Of a stretch of 54,190 nt of DNA, positions 1 to 10,000 are shown piece after piece (the first letter of the stretch is position 1; every line of letters starts with the position of its first letter). Source of the DNA: a virus (lineage: Duplodnaviria; Caudoviricetes); IMG/VR virus record IMGVR_UViG_3300003267_000167, positions 1-54,190 of that record, one strand, 5' to 3'. The notes below the pieces were generated by a model, which saw nothing but the letters and a program-made list of their open reading frames with translations, was not told where the DNA came from and ran no database searches. The position numbers and the translations under genes are program-made.

Positions 1-18
1 ATACGAACGGCGCGGATT
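1..18 (+). repeat. Terminal direct repeat (circular overlap), left copy
   Basis: ATACGAACGGCGCGGATT identical to 54173-54190. Confidence 0.95.
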
Positions 19-163
19 CGCAAACCCGCCGACCGGCAACCCGCGCGAGTGGATATGGTCCGCCAAGGCGGTCGGCGTTGACGTAGTGGCGGCGGATTTC
101 ATCATTGACGACGCCGGCAATTTCGTGATTGACGACGCTGGCAATAGCTTGGTGACGGCTTAA
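2..163 (+). CDS. 3' part of the join-spanning putative neck protein
   Basis: YERRGFANPPTGNPREWIW...LVTA, TAA at 161-163 just before the next ATG. Confidence 0.75.
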   Translation, partial: YERRGFANPPTGNPREWIWSAKAVGVDVVAADFIIDDAGNFVIDDAGNSLVTA

Positions 164-164
164 C

Positions 165-2006
165 ATGGCAAACGTAAGGTACAAAGACCACACGGCGGGC
201 GGCGCGTTAATCGCAACGGACCGCATCCCGTATGATCATGACGCGGGCGGCGGGAGCTTCACCACGCGGTACACGACGCCCGCGCTGATTCGCACCTTCG
301 CGCAAGCCAACCTGGCCGCCGTCGCGCTGTCCGGCGCGTATGGCGATCTTTCCGGCACGCCGACCTTGGGCACGGCCGCCGCCTTGAACGTCGCGGCCAG
401 TGGCAACGCGGCGGCCGGCGAAGTCGTTAAAGGGAATGACACGCGGCTAACCGACGCCAGGACGCCGACCGCGCACACTCACCCGTGGTCACAGATTACC
501 AGCACGCCGACCACTTTGGCGGGATATGGAATCACGGACGCGCAGAATACCAGCGAGCGCGGCCAGGCCAACGGTTACGCAACCCTTGACAATTCGGGCA
601 AGCTGACCGCTTCGCAAATTCCGGCCGCGATCCTTGGTGATGTGAAGTATCAAGGCACATGGGACGCGAGCACGAACACGCCGACACTGGCTGACCCGCC
701 AGCGGGCAGCACGCAGGGTTTTTATTATGTGGTCAGCGCGGCCGGAACCTTTGCCACAATCGCTTTCAATGTCGGGGATTGGATCATCAGCAATGGGAGC
801 GCATGGCAAAAGGTTGATAACACCGACGCGGTTACGTCTGTTTTCGGCCGCCTTGGCGCGGTCACGGCGCAGAGCGGCGATTATACCTTCGCGCAGATTG
901 GCAGTAAGCCGACCACGCTTTCAGGGTACGGCATCACGGACGCGCAGCCGCACGATGCGGACCTTGACAATATCGCCAACGCTACGCCAGGCAATAACAA
1001 ATACTTCGGCACGAACGGCAGCGGAGTAAAGGATTTTTACGATTTGCCTGCGGGCGGCGGCATGGCGATTGGCGGGACCATCACAGGCGCAACGCAGGGC
1101 AGCGTGTTGTTCGCGGGCGCGAGCGGCGTGCTGGCGCAGGACAATGCGAACCTGTTTTGGGACGATGCGAATAACCGGCTGGGCATCGGGACGAACGCTC
1201 CGAGTACGCCTCTCCATGTCATAGGAAAAACCTTCATTGAACAGCCATCCGCGTTCCCCAACCTGCTCCGCATTGGACAGGCAGACTCCGGCTTTTCAGA
1301 CAATACGATCACAGAGGGCTCTCCCTCTTCCGCTCTCGCGAGTTTTGCCTTCCTAAATCCCAACGTGGCGGCGGGGGAAATTATCACAGCGGTCGGCGCG
1401 GTTATCGAGGATAATGTCGCAGATCATTATCAGTACGCATACAACCTCGTCGCTTCGACAACCCATGCAAGCGGAACAAAACCGCTCGTGATCGGCACGT
1501 ACTCTGAAGCAGTCTTGGACGGAGCCGGAAACCTTACCCAATTAGGAGGGATTCACGGCACAGCGATTCAGTACGGCGACGGGAACATTGCTAACGCATA
1601 CGGGGGTTATTTTGAGGTACTTGGTTTCGCAGACACCGGGGCAATTGGCACGGCTTATGGAATCTTCGTTGATCCGCCGTTTAGCTTTTCTAGCGGCGGA
1701 ATCGCGACCGGCTATGGGATTTTCATCGCCGACGAATCCGGGTCCACGGCTGCGAATCACTGGCAGTTCTACTCGGATGGTCCTGGGAAGAGCTACTTCG
1801 GCGGCAATGTGGGCATCGGGACGAACGCGCCTGCTGCGATGTTAGATGTTCACGGCGATATACGCCTGATGTCTTCCAACTCCGACAAGATTGGCTTTCA
1901 TGGCGTGACGCCGGTTGCGAGGCAACTGCTCGCCACGGGCGCGGGCCACACGGTTGACGACGTAATTACCGCGCTGCAAACCCTTGGACTCTTGAGGCAA
2001 TCATAA
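165..2006 (+). CDS. Virion fibre protein (tail or head fibre), 613 aa
   Basis: Gly/Thr-rich; fibre motifs PTTLAGYGITDA (x2), YQGTWDASTNTP, VTSVFGRLGAV, GIGTNAP (x2). Confidence 0.8.
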   Translation: MANVRYKDHTAGGALIATDRIPYDHDAGGGSFTTRYTTPALIRTFAQANLAAVALSGAYGDLSGTPTLGTAAALNVAASGNAAAGEVVKGNDTRLTDARTPTAHTHPWSQITSTPTTLAGYGITDAQNTSERGQANGYATLDNSGKLTASQIPAAILGDVKYQGTWDASTNTPTLADPPAGSTQGFYYVVSAAGTFATIAFNVGDWIISNGSAWQKVDNTDAVTSVFGRLGAVTAQSGDYTFAQIGSKPTTLSGYGITDAQPHDADLDNIANATPGNNKYFGTNGSGVKDFYDLPAGGGMAIGGTITGATQGSVLFAGASGVLAQDNANLFWDDANNRLGIGTNAPSTPLHVIGKTFIEQPSAFPNLLRIGQADSGFSDNTITEGSPSSALASFAFLNPNVAAGEIITAVGAVIEDNVADHYQYAYNLVASTTHASGTKPLVIGTYSEAVLDGAGNLTQLGGIHGTAIQYGDGNIANAYGGYFEVLGFADTGAIGTAYGIFVDPPFSFSSGGIATGYGIFIADESGSTAANHWQFYSDGPGKSYFGGNVGIGTNAPAAMLDVHGDIRLMSSNSDKIGFHGVTPVARQLLATGAGHTVDDVITALQTLGLLRQS

Positions 2007-2017
2007 AAGGAGGCAAG

Positions 2018-2203
2018 ATGGCGGACGAAGTAACGAAGGAAGAAATAACCTATCCTGACAAAGATACAATGCGGGGCGATCTACTAGCGGCGGGCATGCA
2101 TGTGCCGCCACACTTGCCCGAAAGGTTGTTGCAGGCGCGTTATCGTGCCTTACTGCAACGGCGCAAGCGGGAAGCGGAGGAGTCGGCCGCAAGCCCCGAA
2201 TAA
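2018..2203 (+). CDS. Hypothetical protein
   Basis: AGGAGG RBS; operon spacing. Confidence 0.6.
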   Translation: MADEVTKEEITYPDKDTMRGDLLAAGMHVPPHLPERLLQARYRALLQRRKREAEESAASPE

Positions 2204-2238
2204 CAGAGAACGCATTAACCAAGGATCGAGGAAGTACC

Positions 2239-2745
2239 ATGACACATACTCTCACTCTCCGAGAATTACGCGAAGCGGTTGAAAACCGCATGGACGCGGC
2301 CGGCGTCGTGCGCGAGCTATCGCCCTTGAACAAGCTGGCGCGGGCGTCATTGTCGGCGCGCATGATGTTCCACATCGGCGACACGGCCGACGAAGCGCGC
2401 AAGATTTATGACCGAATGGAGACCCAACGGCGCGAGCTTGTGAAACGTCTTGGGCAACCGATGAAAGACGACAAGGGCGCGGTAGTGCCGGATCAATTCT
2501 TTGTGCCGGCTGAAAAGGATGCGGAGTTTCAAGTCGAATATGACGCCCTTCTGAGCGAGACATGCGCGCTCGATGTCCGGCCGTTTTCGGTTTCGGAGTT
2601 TGAAAAGTATGAGGCGGCGCTTGCTGCCGTGGGCTTCAACGGCAACGACATGCGCGCCCTTCGCTTCATGATTCCGATGGACGAAGCGAAGGCCGACGAA
2701 AACGCGAACGGCGCGCGTCCGAAGGCGAAGGCGGTAAAGAAATAA
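2239..2745 (+). CDS. Hypothetical protein, possible fibre assembly chaperone
   Basis: Helical acidic protein directly after the fibre gene. Confidence 0.55.
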   Translation: MTHTLTLRELREAVENRMDAAGVVRELSPLNKLARASLSARMMFHIGDTADEARKIYDRMETQRRELVKRLGQPMKDDKGAVVPDQFFVPAEKDAEFQVEYDALLSETCALDVRPFSVSEFEKYEAALAAVGFNGNDMRALRFMIPMDEAKADENANGARPKAKAVKK

Positions 2746-2757
2746 CCGGGGGCATAT

Positions 2758-2982
2758 ATGATAGAAGTGACGCCAGAAGTTAGTACGCCCTTCGGGGAAG
2801 TAGCCGAAGGTAAAATCAAGTCATACGTTGCGCTGTATATTACAGCCGACGTGCCGCCGAACTTTTTCAGGGACCAACGCCAGGCCATCGCCCATGCGGA
2901 GGCGCAAGGCGCGGACGCGCATGAGATCGTCGTCATGGTAAACGGTAAGAAGGTCTATCTTGAGTTTTCCGATTTTGAGTAA
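2758..2982 (+). CDS. Hypothetical protein
   Basis: Fills the operon gap; GGGGG RBS. Confidence 0.5.
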   Translation: MIEVTPEVSTPFGEVAEGKIKSYVALYITADVPPNFFRDQRQAIAHAEAQGADAHEIVVMVNGKKVYLEFSDFE

Positions 2983-2985
2983 CGC

Positions 2986-3468
2986 ATGATCCGAGTCATT
3001 TGGAATATTGAGGCGGCCTTGAACGCCCTGGCGGCGATGGCCGGGCGCTTGCGCGATCTCTCTCCCTTGTGGCGCGGTATCCTGCCCTATCTTCGCCGGC
3101 AGTCTGAATTGCAGTTTAGTACCTTGGGCGGCCGCAGTGGCGACGAATGGCAAGAGCTTTCCGACCGTTACGCGCAATGGAAGGCGGTACATTATCCCGG
3201 TCAGCCAATCCTGAAGGCGTCGGGGGAAATGTTTCGCTCACTTATCGAGGAAGGCAACGCGGATACCATCGCGGACGTAACGCCCGGCCAATTGGATTAC
3301 GGCACGCGCAACCCGAAGGCGGGCTATCATCAGACGGGCGGCGGCCGGTTGCCGGCGCGCGTCGTCCTGGCCGTCACGAATGAGGACCGGGAGGCGATCC
3401 AGAATGCCGCGCGGGCGTACCTTCGCGGCCAGGCGGAAATATCGGGCTTTACGCCGGTCAAGGGGTAG
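2986..3468 (+). CDS. Phage virion morphogenesis / tail completion protein (Mu gpG-like)
   Basis: W..LS..Y...K, ILKASGEMFRSL, YGT.NPKAGYHQTGGGRLPAR motifs. Confidence 0.8.
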   Translation: MIRVIWNIEAALNALAAMAGRLRDLSPLWRGILPYLRRQSELQFSTLGGRSGDEWQELSDRYAQWKAVHYPGQPILKASGEMFRSLIEEGNADTIADVTPGQLDYGTRNPKAGYHQTGGGRLPARVVLAVTNEDREAIQNAARAYLRGQAEISGFTPVKG

Positions 3469-3471
3469 GTC

Positions 3472-4026
3472 ATGCCGTGGACGCCTTTATTTAATAACTA
3501 CGCCGGCATGCTGCCCGTCCTGACGGCGGCGAAAGCGATCATTGAACGCGATCAAACCGATGCCTTGGCGTGGTCGTTCGGCGCGGACCCGGCCGGGCCG
3601 GATTTTGCGCGCATTCAAACCTTGCAACGTTTCTCGCGCAATTACCCGCTTTTGATTATCCAGCCGGCGCGGTGGTCTCCTGACACCTTGGGCGCGGGCG
3701 GGATCAATCAGAATCACGTTTTCCGGGTCTCGATTTACTGCACGAAGCAATTGGCGAGCGGAGACCCGAACGACGCGCTAGAAGCCCTGACGGCCGACTT
3801 GCTGCGCTACTTTGACGCGGTGTGTATGGCTTGGTGGTCGGCACCGTCCGACGATTGGTACGCGGATTTTCCGGGCGGAGTGAGTGACGCCGGGCAAGGC
3901 AAAGTCAAGATCGAATTTGCCAACGGTGTTTTTGGAAACATTGAAACCGCCGTAGCGACGAACGGCTTGTATTTGTTGTCCATGTACTTTGAGCTTCAAG
4001 TGAGCCTGACGGAGAGTGAATCATGA
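3472..4026 (+). CDS. Putative tail terminator
   Basis: Synteny between the neck gene and major tail protein; size. Confidence 0.5.
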   Translation: MPWTPLFNNYAGMLPVLTAAKAIIERDQTDALAWSFGADPAGPDFARIQTLQRFSRNYPLLIIQPARWSPDTLGAGGINQNHVFRVSIYCTKQLASGDPNDALEALTADLLRYFDAVCMAWWSAPSDDWYADFPGGVSDAGQGKVKIEFANGVFGNIETAVATNGLYLLSMYFELQVSLTESES

Positions 4027-4271
4027 GTGAGCATCCACAACAGCAGCAACCGAGCGCGATTGCTTACCAATGCCCAAGGAACGGCCGCCAGTCGTCCGGC
4101 TTCGGCGTGCAATTCAGCGACATGGCCGGCAACCGTCACACGGTTTACCACTGCTTCTTATGCCTCACGGAGCTATTCACCCGCGCGGGCGTCGCGCCCA
4201 TGACGCCGATTTTGGAAATCCCCGCTCAGGCGGAGGACTTCAAGCCGGGCCTAGACTTGGGGGAGATATGA
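4023..4271 (+). CDS. Small Cys-containing hypothetical protein
   Basis: ATGA overlaps at both ends. Confidence 0.55.
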   Translation: MSEHPQQQQPSAIAYQCPRNGRQSSGFGVQFSDMAGNRHTVYHCFLCLTELFTRAGVAPMTPILEIPAQAEDFKPGLDLGEI

Positions 4272-4825
4272 ACGCGATTTTGAGCAAGTTTACGCATGCG
4301 GCCTTGCCGCCTTCGGATGATGCGCTCGCGCGCTGGCGGGAATGGGTCTTATTGCATCCGTGTAAGACCGTCGCGCAGTGCGGCGAAACCGGCTACCGGC
4401 ACGACCATTCGGAAGGCGGGATCATCCTGGCGGCCGTCCTGACGATTGACCTATTCGCGCCTCCGCTTCGCTGGCATGCCGATGTGTCCATTGTTGGGCC
4501 TGACGGCAAGTGTAAGCCCTATTCCCTTTTTACGGTCTCCGAACGCATGGCGGCCGTCGCCTTCGCGCGCCGGATGGTGCAAGGCGTCGGCGTTGAAGCC
4601 GATCAAGTTTTCACGCGCCAGGACGTGTGTGTTGGCTTCACGCGCCCGTTGACGGCGGCGGAAGTCGAACGCGCCAGCGCGGCCGCGTCCCGTCCCTTTT
4701 CCTTTCAACAAATCGCAATCGGCGCGTTTGCCGAATACGATTTTAAACACAAACCCTCAGAGGTCGGACCGGGCCTCTACATTCCTGCGGATATGGAGGT
4801 CTTTTATGGCAGACGAAGCCACTAG
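4268..4825 (+). CDS. Hypothetical protein
   Basis: GGGAGA RBS before ATG 4268; translationally coupled. Confidence 0.6.
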   Translation: MNAILSKFTHAALPPSDDALARWREWVLLHPCKTVAQCGETGYRHDHSEGGIILAAVLTIDLFAPPLRWHADVSIVGPDGKCKPYSLFTVSERMAAVAFARRMVQGVGVEADQVFTRQDVCVGFTRPLTAAEVERASAAASRPFSFQQIAIGAFAEYDFKHKPSEVGPGLYIPADMEVFYGRRSH

Positions 4826-5354
4826 CAAAACAATCAGCGTCGGCGCGGCCGGCAATTTCGATAAGGACGACTTTGACGAAGGGCTAGACGTAAACAACCT
4901 TCCGGCCTTGCCGTGGACGCGCGAAAACTTAGGCACGCAACTTTTCAACAAACTTGCCCGCGTCGGCGGGTACGGCGACACGTCGAACATGAAACGCGCG
5001 CCGCTTGACGTGCGGAGCTTCGGCACTGGCCGGGCGAATCGCCTAATCGAGCTTCACGGCTTGAACGTCGCCGAAGAGGTCCGGCCAGTCACGGCAACGG
5101 GCCTGACGGATGAACAATTCCGAGAGGCAGAAGAGGCCGAAGGCAAGCGCGTGGACGAAGCCAACGCCTATAAGGCAGATCAAATTCGGGCCTACCTTGC
5201 CGAAGGCGACGCCCTACAGGCGGCCATCAACGAACAGATTGGCGCGAGCGTGGGCACGGCGCGCAACCCGAACGCGCCGGAGCGGACGCCGGCAACCATC
5301 CGCATGCCCAAAGATTTTCCGCGCAAATTCCGGCAAACATCTTCGGCGGAGTAG
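4806..5354 (+). CDS. Hypothetical protein
   Basis: GGAGG RBS before ATG 4806. Confidence 0.65.
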   Translation: MADEATSKTISVGAAGNFDKDDFDEGLDVNNLPALPWTRENLGTQLFNKLARVGGYGDTSNMKRAPLDVRSFGTGRANRLIELHGLNVAEEVRPVTATGLTDEQFREAEEAEGKRVDEANAYKADQIRAYLAEGDALQAAINEQIGASVGTARNPNAPERTPATIRMPKDFPRKFRQTSSAE

Positions 5355-5428
5355 TCGCCGATTCAGTCAAGGAAGTGAAAGGCGGCCGACCGGGCGGCCG
5401 CGAGTAAAGACGACGGAGGAAAGCAATC

Positions 5429-6022
5429 ATGGCAGGCACAGCGAAAACTTACACTAGCGGCGCGACGATTTCAGGACCGCTTGACATTTGGTTTGACGTG
5501 GCAGTACCGGGCGCGGGCGCGGCACCGACGCTCCACACGGACGGGACGCCCGACGCGACGGCCAACCCTTCGGCGGTCCATGCCGGCATGTTGAAGACCG
5601 GAGGCGGCGTCCAAGTCAATGCGGAGATTCAGGACAAGACGAGCGATAACCTTATCGCGCCCTATGAAACGACGCTCTTAACGTCGCAAATGATCGTCAC
5701 GGGCGATTTGTTGCAACTGGCTTCGCAAGCCATCTTGAAACAGATTGCGCCGGGCGCGACGGCCGCCAGCGTCACGGGCAAAACCGGCGTAACCTTCGGG
5801 GCGATCACGCAGCCGGACTACACCGTTTTGCTTGGCGTCGCCACACAGAAGACCACTACCAAATTTTGGGCGGTCATCCTGTACAACGCCTATCAGTCGA
5901 AAAGCTTTGAAATGGCGCTGAATCGCAAAGAGGACGCGGCCGCCGCGTGTGAGTTCAAGGGCTTGGCCGTGACTTCCCGCGCGACGGCGGATCAAGTTGG
6001 GGCCATTTGGATTGACACCTAA
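5429..6022 (+). CDS. Major tail (tube) protein
   Basis: 197 aa, Thr/Ala/Gly-rich, strong RBS, upstream of the chaperones and tape measure. Confidence 0.75.
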   Translation: MAGTAKTYTSGATISGPLDIWFDVAVPGAGAAPTLHTDGTPDATANPSAVHAGMLKTGGGVQVNAEIQDKTSDNLIAPYETTLLTSQMIVTGDLLQLASQAILKQIAPGATAASVTGKTGVTFGAITQPDYTVLLGVATQKTTTKFWAVILYNAYQSKSFEMALNRKEDAAAACEFKGLAVTSRATADQVGAIWIDT

Positions 6023-6178
6023 TCCGAGTGCGGCGGAGATTCTTACTTTTGGATCTCGCGCGCTCTAACCAATCACGCCAGGACCGGCCGTTTGTCGTTT
6101 CTCGCGTAGGACGTGCATGCGGTCCTATGGAGAGCGCGGGGCGCGCGGCGGCCTCCCTGGCGTGGCATAGGAGTTTTC

Positions 6179-6763
6179 ATGAGTCATCAGAACGGAAACG
6201 GCGGCGTCTCTCTCGCCAGTCGTTTCAAGCAAAAAGTTTCGGCGGTTTCAAAACCGCTCGCCTTGCCCGTGCCCGGCATACCGGGCGATAAAGGCTTCAC
6301 GTTTGAATGTATCCTGCGGCGCGTCTCCGTCGTGACGATGCTCTCCGAAGGCGGCGAATTGCCCGAAGGTCTGGCCAATAAAGTCATGGGCCTCCGGCCG
6401 ACGAAGGCGATGGCGGACGCCCAAGCGCAAGCGTCGGCGATGATTCAACAGGAAATGACGATTGCCGACCTGAAGGCAATTGAAGCATTCCAAGAGAAAG
6501 TGGCGATTGAAACCTGTGTTGAGCCGAAGCTTGCGAGCGGCAAAGCGCCGGAGGACGCCGACCCGGACACGATCTATTTAGATGATCTCCCATTCAAGCC
6601 GCAATTGATAACCGCGCTCTATAACTACGCGACGGCGCTGAGTCCCGACGTGCCCGTAGCGACGTTAGACGGAGGGGAGACGACGCTAACGGCGGTTGAA
6701 TCCTTTCGTCCTCAAACGCCGGGCGATGAATTTTCTGGCAGTGGCGAAGGCGGCCGCATATAG
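6179..6763 (+). CDS. Tail assembly chaperone, short form
   Basis: AGGAG RBS before ATG 6179; lies between major tail protein and tape measure. Confidence 0.75.
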   Translation: MSHQNGNGGVSLASRFKQKVSAVSKPLALPVPGIPGDKGFTFECILRRVSVVTMLSEGGELPEGLANKVMGLRPTKAMADAQAQASAMIQQEMTIADLKAIEAFQEKVAIETCVEPKLASGKAPEDADPDTIYLDDLPFKPQLITALYNYATALSPDVPVATLDGGETTLTAVESFRPQTPGDEFSGSGEGGRI

Positions 6764-6971
6764 GGGCGAACCGGCAAGCGTCACGATGCGGATCGCGGAC
6801 CCGCTTATCGCGCTGGCGGTTGACCTGGCGGCGGCGGTCCTACTGACCGGACACGAACAGGACATGCGCGAACTGGCGGCGATGAAGGCGGCCGCGCTCA
6901 TGTGGGGCGTCAAACCGGACGCGGACGGCAACGTATGGGAGGAAAGCGAAGAGTTTGAAACCTACGGGTAA
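6708..6971 (+). CDS. Tail assembly chaperone frameshift extension (+1 frame)
   Basis: Overlapping +1 ORF entered at TCC TTT CGT C (6701-6710). Confidence 0.65.
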   Translation, partial: VLKRRAMNFLAVAKAAAYRGEPASVTMRIADPLIALAVDLAAAVLLTGHEQDMRELAAMKAAALMWGVKPDADGNVWEESEEFETYG

Positions 6972-6972
6972 A

Positions 6973-7006
6973 GCAAAACGCCGGGCATCTACACCCGGCG
7001 TTTTGC
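6973..7006. terminator. Stem-loop between chaperones and tape measure gene
   Basis: GCAAAACGCCGGG-loop-CCCGGCGTTTTGC. Confidence 0.55.
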
Positions 7007-7018
7007 ACTTGTGATGCT

Positions 7019-10000
7019 ATGGCGGATCAACAGATTGACACTCTGCTAAGATTTTTGGGCGAAGATGCCGGGGCGCTGGCGGCCATCAATGCCGTGTCTG
7101 CATCCTTGCAGGCGGCGGCCGCGCAGAGTCAAGCCCTGTTCGCGCCCATAATCGCCCAAGCGGCGCAAGCCGCCTCCGTCGTGCAGACGCTTACGACCGC
7201 GACGAACGCCGAAACCGACGCAGCCACACGGGCGGGCGGCGGCGAGCGCGAGCGCGCGTCAAGCGTCCTGGCGTTGGCGCAAGCCGTCGCGCGCTTGCAA
7301 GTCGCCGAAGGCAACGCGGCCGGCGCGGTGCAAACCCTCAAAGCCGCCTTGAGTGAGGCCGAAGCGGGCACCGTTCAATACGTCAACGCCCAACGGCAGC
7401 TTGTCACAATTGAGGCGCAGCTTGCCAATGCGGCCAGCAAGGCGGATGCCGAGATCGTCAAGCAGGCGTCCACACTCGCACGGCTGGCGCAAGTCTCCGG
7501 CGACTCCGCCAAGGCGCTGAAGATCATTGAGGACGCCCAAGCGCGGCTTGCGAATCCCAACTCCCTGGCGGCCGCGCGCCTGGAAATCCAAAAGACGTAT
7601 CTTAATACGAACTACGCGAATAGTCCGCTAGTCGGGATGCTGCAACAGATCAACGCCGGCCTTGGCCGCTTTTCGCCCTTACTCGGTTCAAGCGGCCGGC
7701 TAGTGCAGACCTTCACGGGCGGTCTCGCGCAAGCGGCGGCCAGTTTGGGCAGCACGAAGGCGAATCTTGACGCCAACGCGGACAGCGCGAATAAGTTTTT
7801 CGAGCGGTTGCGGAATGCGAATCAAGCCGTCGTGGATTTTGTCAAAGATCAGAAGGGCGAAGCCAGCGCGACGGACTTCTTTTTGAATTTATCGAAACAG
7901 GCGAGCGCGGCCGGAGATCGCATCCGGTCGGTTTTCGCCAATATCCGGCAATCGCTCGAAAATGCCCTAGGACCGAGCGGCGGCGGAAATGGCCTCGTTA
8001 CTACCCTTGGGCTAGGAAACGTCGCGCCAGCGGCAAACCAGGCGACAGCAACGCTATCAGGCTTGACGACGGCCGCCGAAGGGTCGGCCGAAGGCTTGGG
8101 CGCGGTCGGCGCGGCGGGCGGCGCGTCGGCGCTTGCCTTGGGCGCAGTGGTCGGCGTCGTCCTGGCCTTGGTTGCCGCGCTGGCGATCCTAATCACGTCG
8201 CTAACAGCCGGCACGAAGCTTTTAATTGACATGGGGGAGGCGGGCGTCAAGGCGAACGCCGACCTTGAGCATTTAAACCTTGGCCTGGCGTCCGTGATAA
8301 ACGGCATCGGCGAAGTGAGCCGGAACGGGATCAAACTGACCGGCGCGGAACAATTCCAAGCATCGCTCGCGCTGGCGACGGATCAAGTCACCAAACTCCG
8401 GCAAGAGGCGGCCGCCGTGGGCTTGCCCGTGCAAGAGGTTGTGGAGGGCTTGCAGACCACAGAGGGGCCGCTAACCCGCTTCGGTCTGAGCTTGGACGAC
8501 GCCCGCAAAACAACCATTAACATCGCCCTGGCGATGAACGCCTTGGGCATTCCCTTACGTGAAATCGGCCAGGAATCGCGCGCCATCCTGCAAGGCCAGA
8601 CCGACCGGACCGCGCGCTTGAATCAAATCCTTCAGATCACCAAAGAAGAGTTGGCCGCCGCCAAGGCGCGGAACGACGTGCAAGGCTTACTGAATGAACG
8701 GTTGGCCGGTTTCGCGGCCGGAGGCGCGGCCTTCGCGCAATCCTTTGACGGCGCGGTAGCGCGGGCACAATCCCGATTGACCGACCTTGAGCGGACCGTC
8801 ACGGGCGGATTATTTGAGGCGTTAAAGACGAAGCTTAACGACGTGCTAGATTCCGTCGCCAAGGCGGGCGGGCTTCAAAACCTTTTCGGCGGCATTGCCG
8901 ATACCCTCACGCGCATCTTTGACACGGCGGGCGGGACCATCGGCAAGGTAATTGATTTTATTTTTTCGAGTCTGCAAGCCGTTGACCGCTTCCTAGCGCA
9001 AAACCGGGAGACGGTCGGGGAGATCATCGAAGAGGTAAACCAAATTATTACCCTGATAGGCAGTACCGTCGCGGGCGTTTTGCGAATCACGCTTGGCGCA
9101 CAAGACGCCGGCAAAGAGGCGAACGTTTTAGCGGGCATCTTGCGCGCCGTCGTGGTTATCGTCGGCCTGGTCGGCGACGGGATCAAGATATGGATTTCCT
9201 CTTTCCTGACGGTCGGCAACGCCTTGAAATTGGCCGTCATTGCGCCGCTTGAGGTCACGGTGAAGCTTTTCGCGGCGCTGGTCTCCGGCATCCCGTTTAT
9301 CGGGGCGGCGGCCGACCGGGCGGCGAACGCCCTGGAATCGTCGCGCAAGTCCGCCGTCGCGGGCGTTACGGAGAGCGCAAAGAATTTCGCATCATCCATT
9401 GCGAACATCGGCCAGGCGTCCAAGCGCGCGAGCGAAGCCATAGACGAAGCCCGAAAGAAGGCGGCGGCCGGCCAGCGCGTGACGGCGCAAGCGGGCGCAC
9501 CGTCAACGGCGGGTCTCGCCTTTCAGGCCAGGCCGGGCACGCCGGACGACAAAAACAAGGGCGGCAAAGGGGCACTGGACGCGGCGCGGGCGTCGGCCGA
9601 AGCCCTATTGCGGATCACGCAGCTTGCCGAAAAAGAGGCGGCGCTTGCCAATCAACGGATCACGAACGCCCTGCGGCAATCGCTCACGGATCGTTTGATC
9701 TCAATCGAGACCTTTACGGAGCTTTCGATTCAGGCGGAGCGGGACTTGCTAGACGCTAAGCGCGCGGCCTTTGACGCCGAAGAGAAGGTCATTAACGACG
9801 GCGCGGCCAGCGAAGAGTCGGCGGCCATCAAATCGAGCAAAACGCGCGAAGCGGCCGCCAATAAGATCACGGCCATTGACGCCAAGCGGAACGAAAAGCT
9901 GGCGGAGTTAAACTTAAAACGCCAGGCGGCGGAGCAAGAGGCGGACATTAAGACCGAAGGCTTGCGCGACGATCTCCGGCGCGCGCAAGAGAAAAACGAG

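Noticed and set aside
1-18. Terminal repeat as the physical genome end or att core
   Set aside because: It falls mid-gene, far from terS, and is best explained as assembly overlap of a circular contig
5270-5406. Possible frameshift extending the 4806 gene to a stop near 5406
   Set aside because: An alternative frame is open but there is no slippery site or homology evidence
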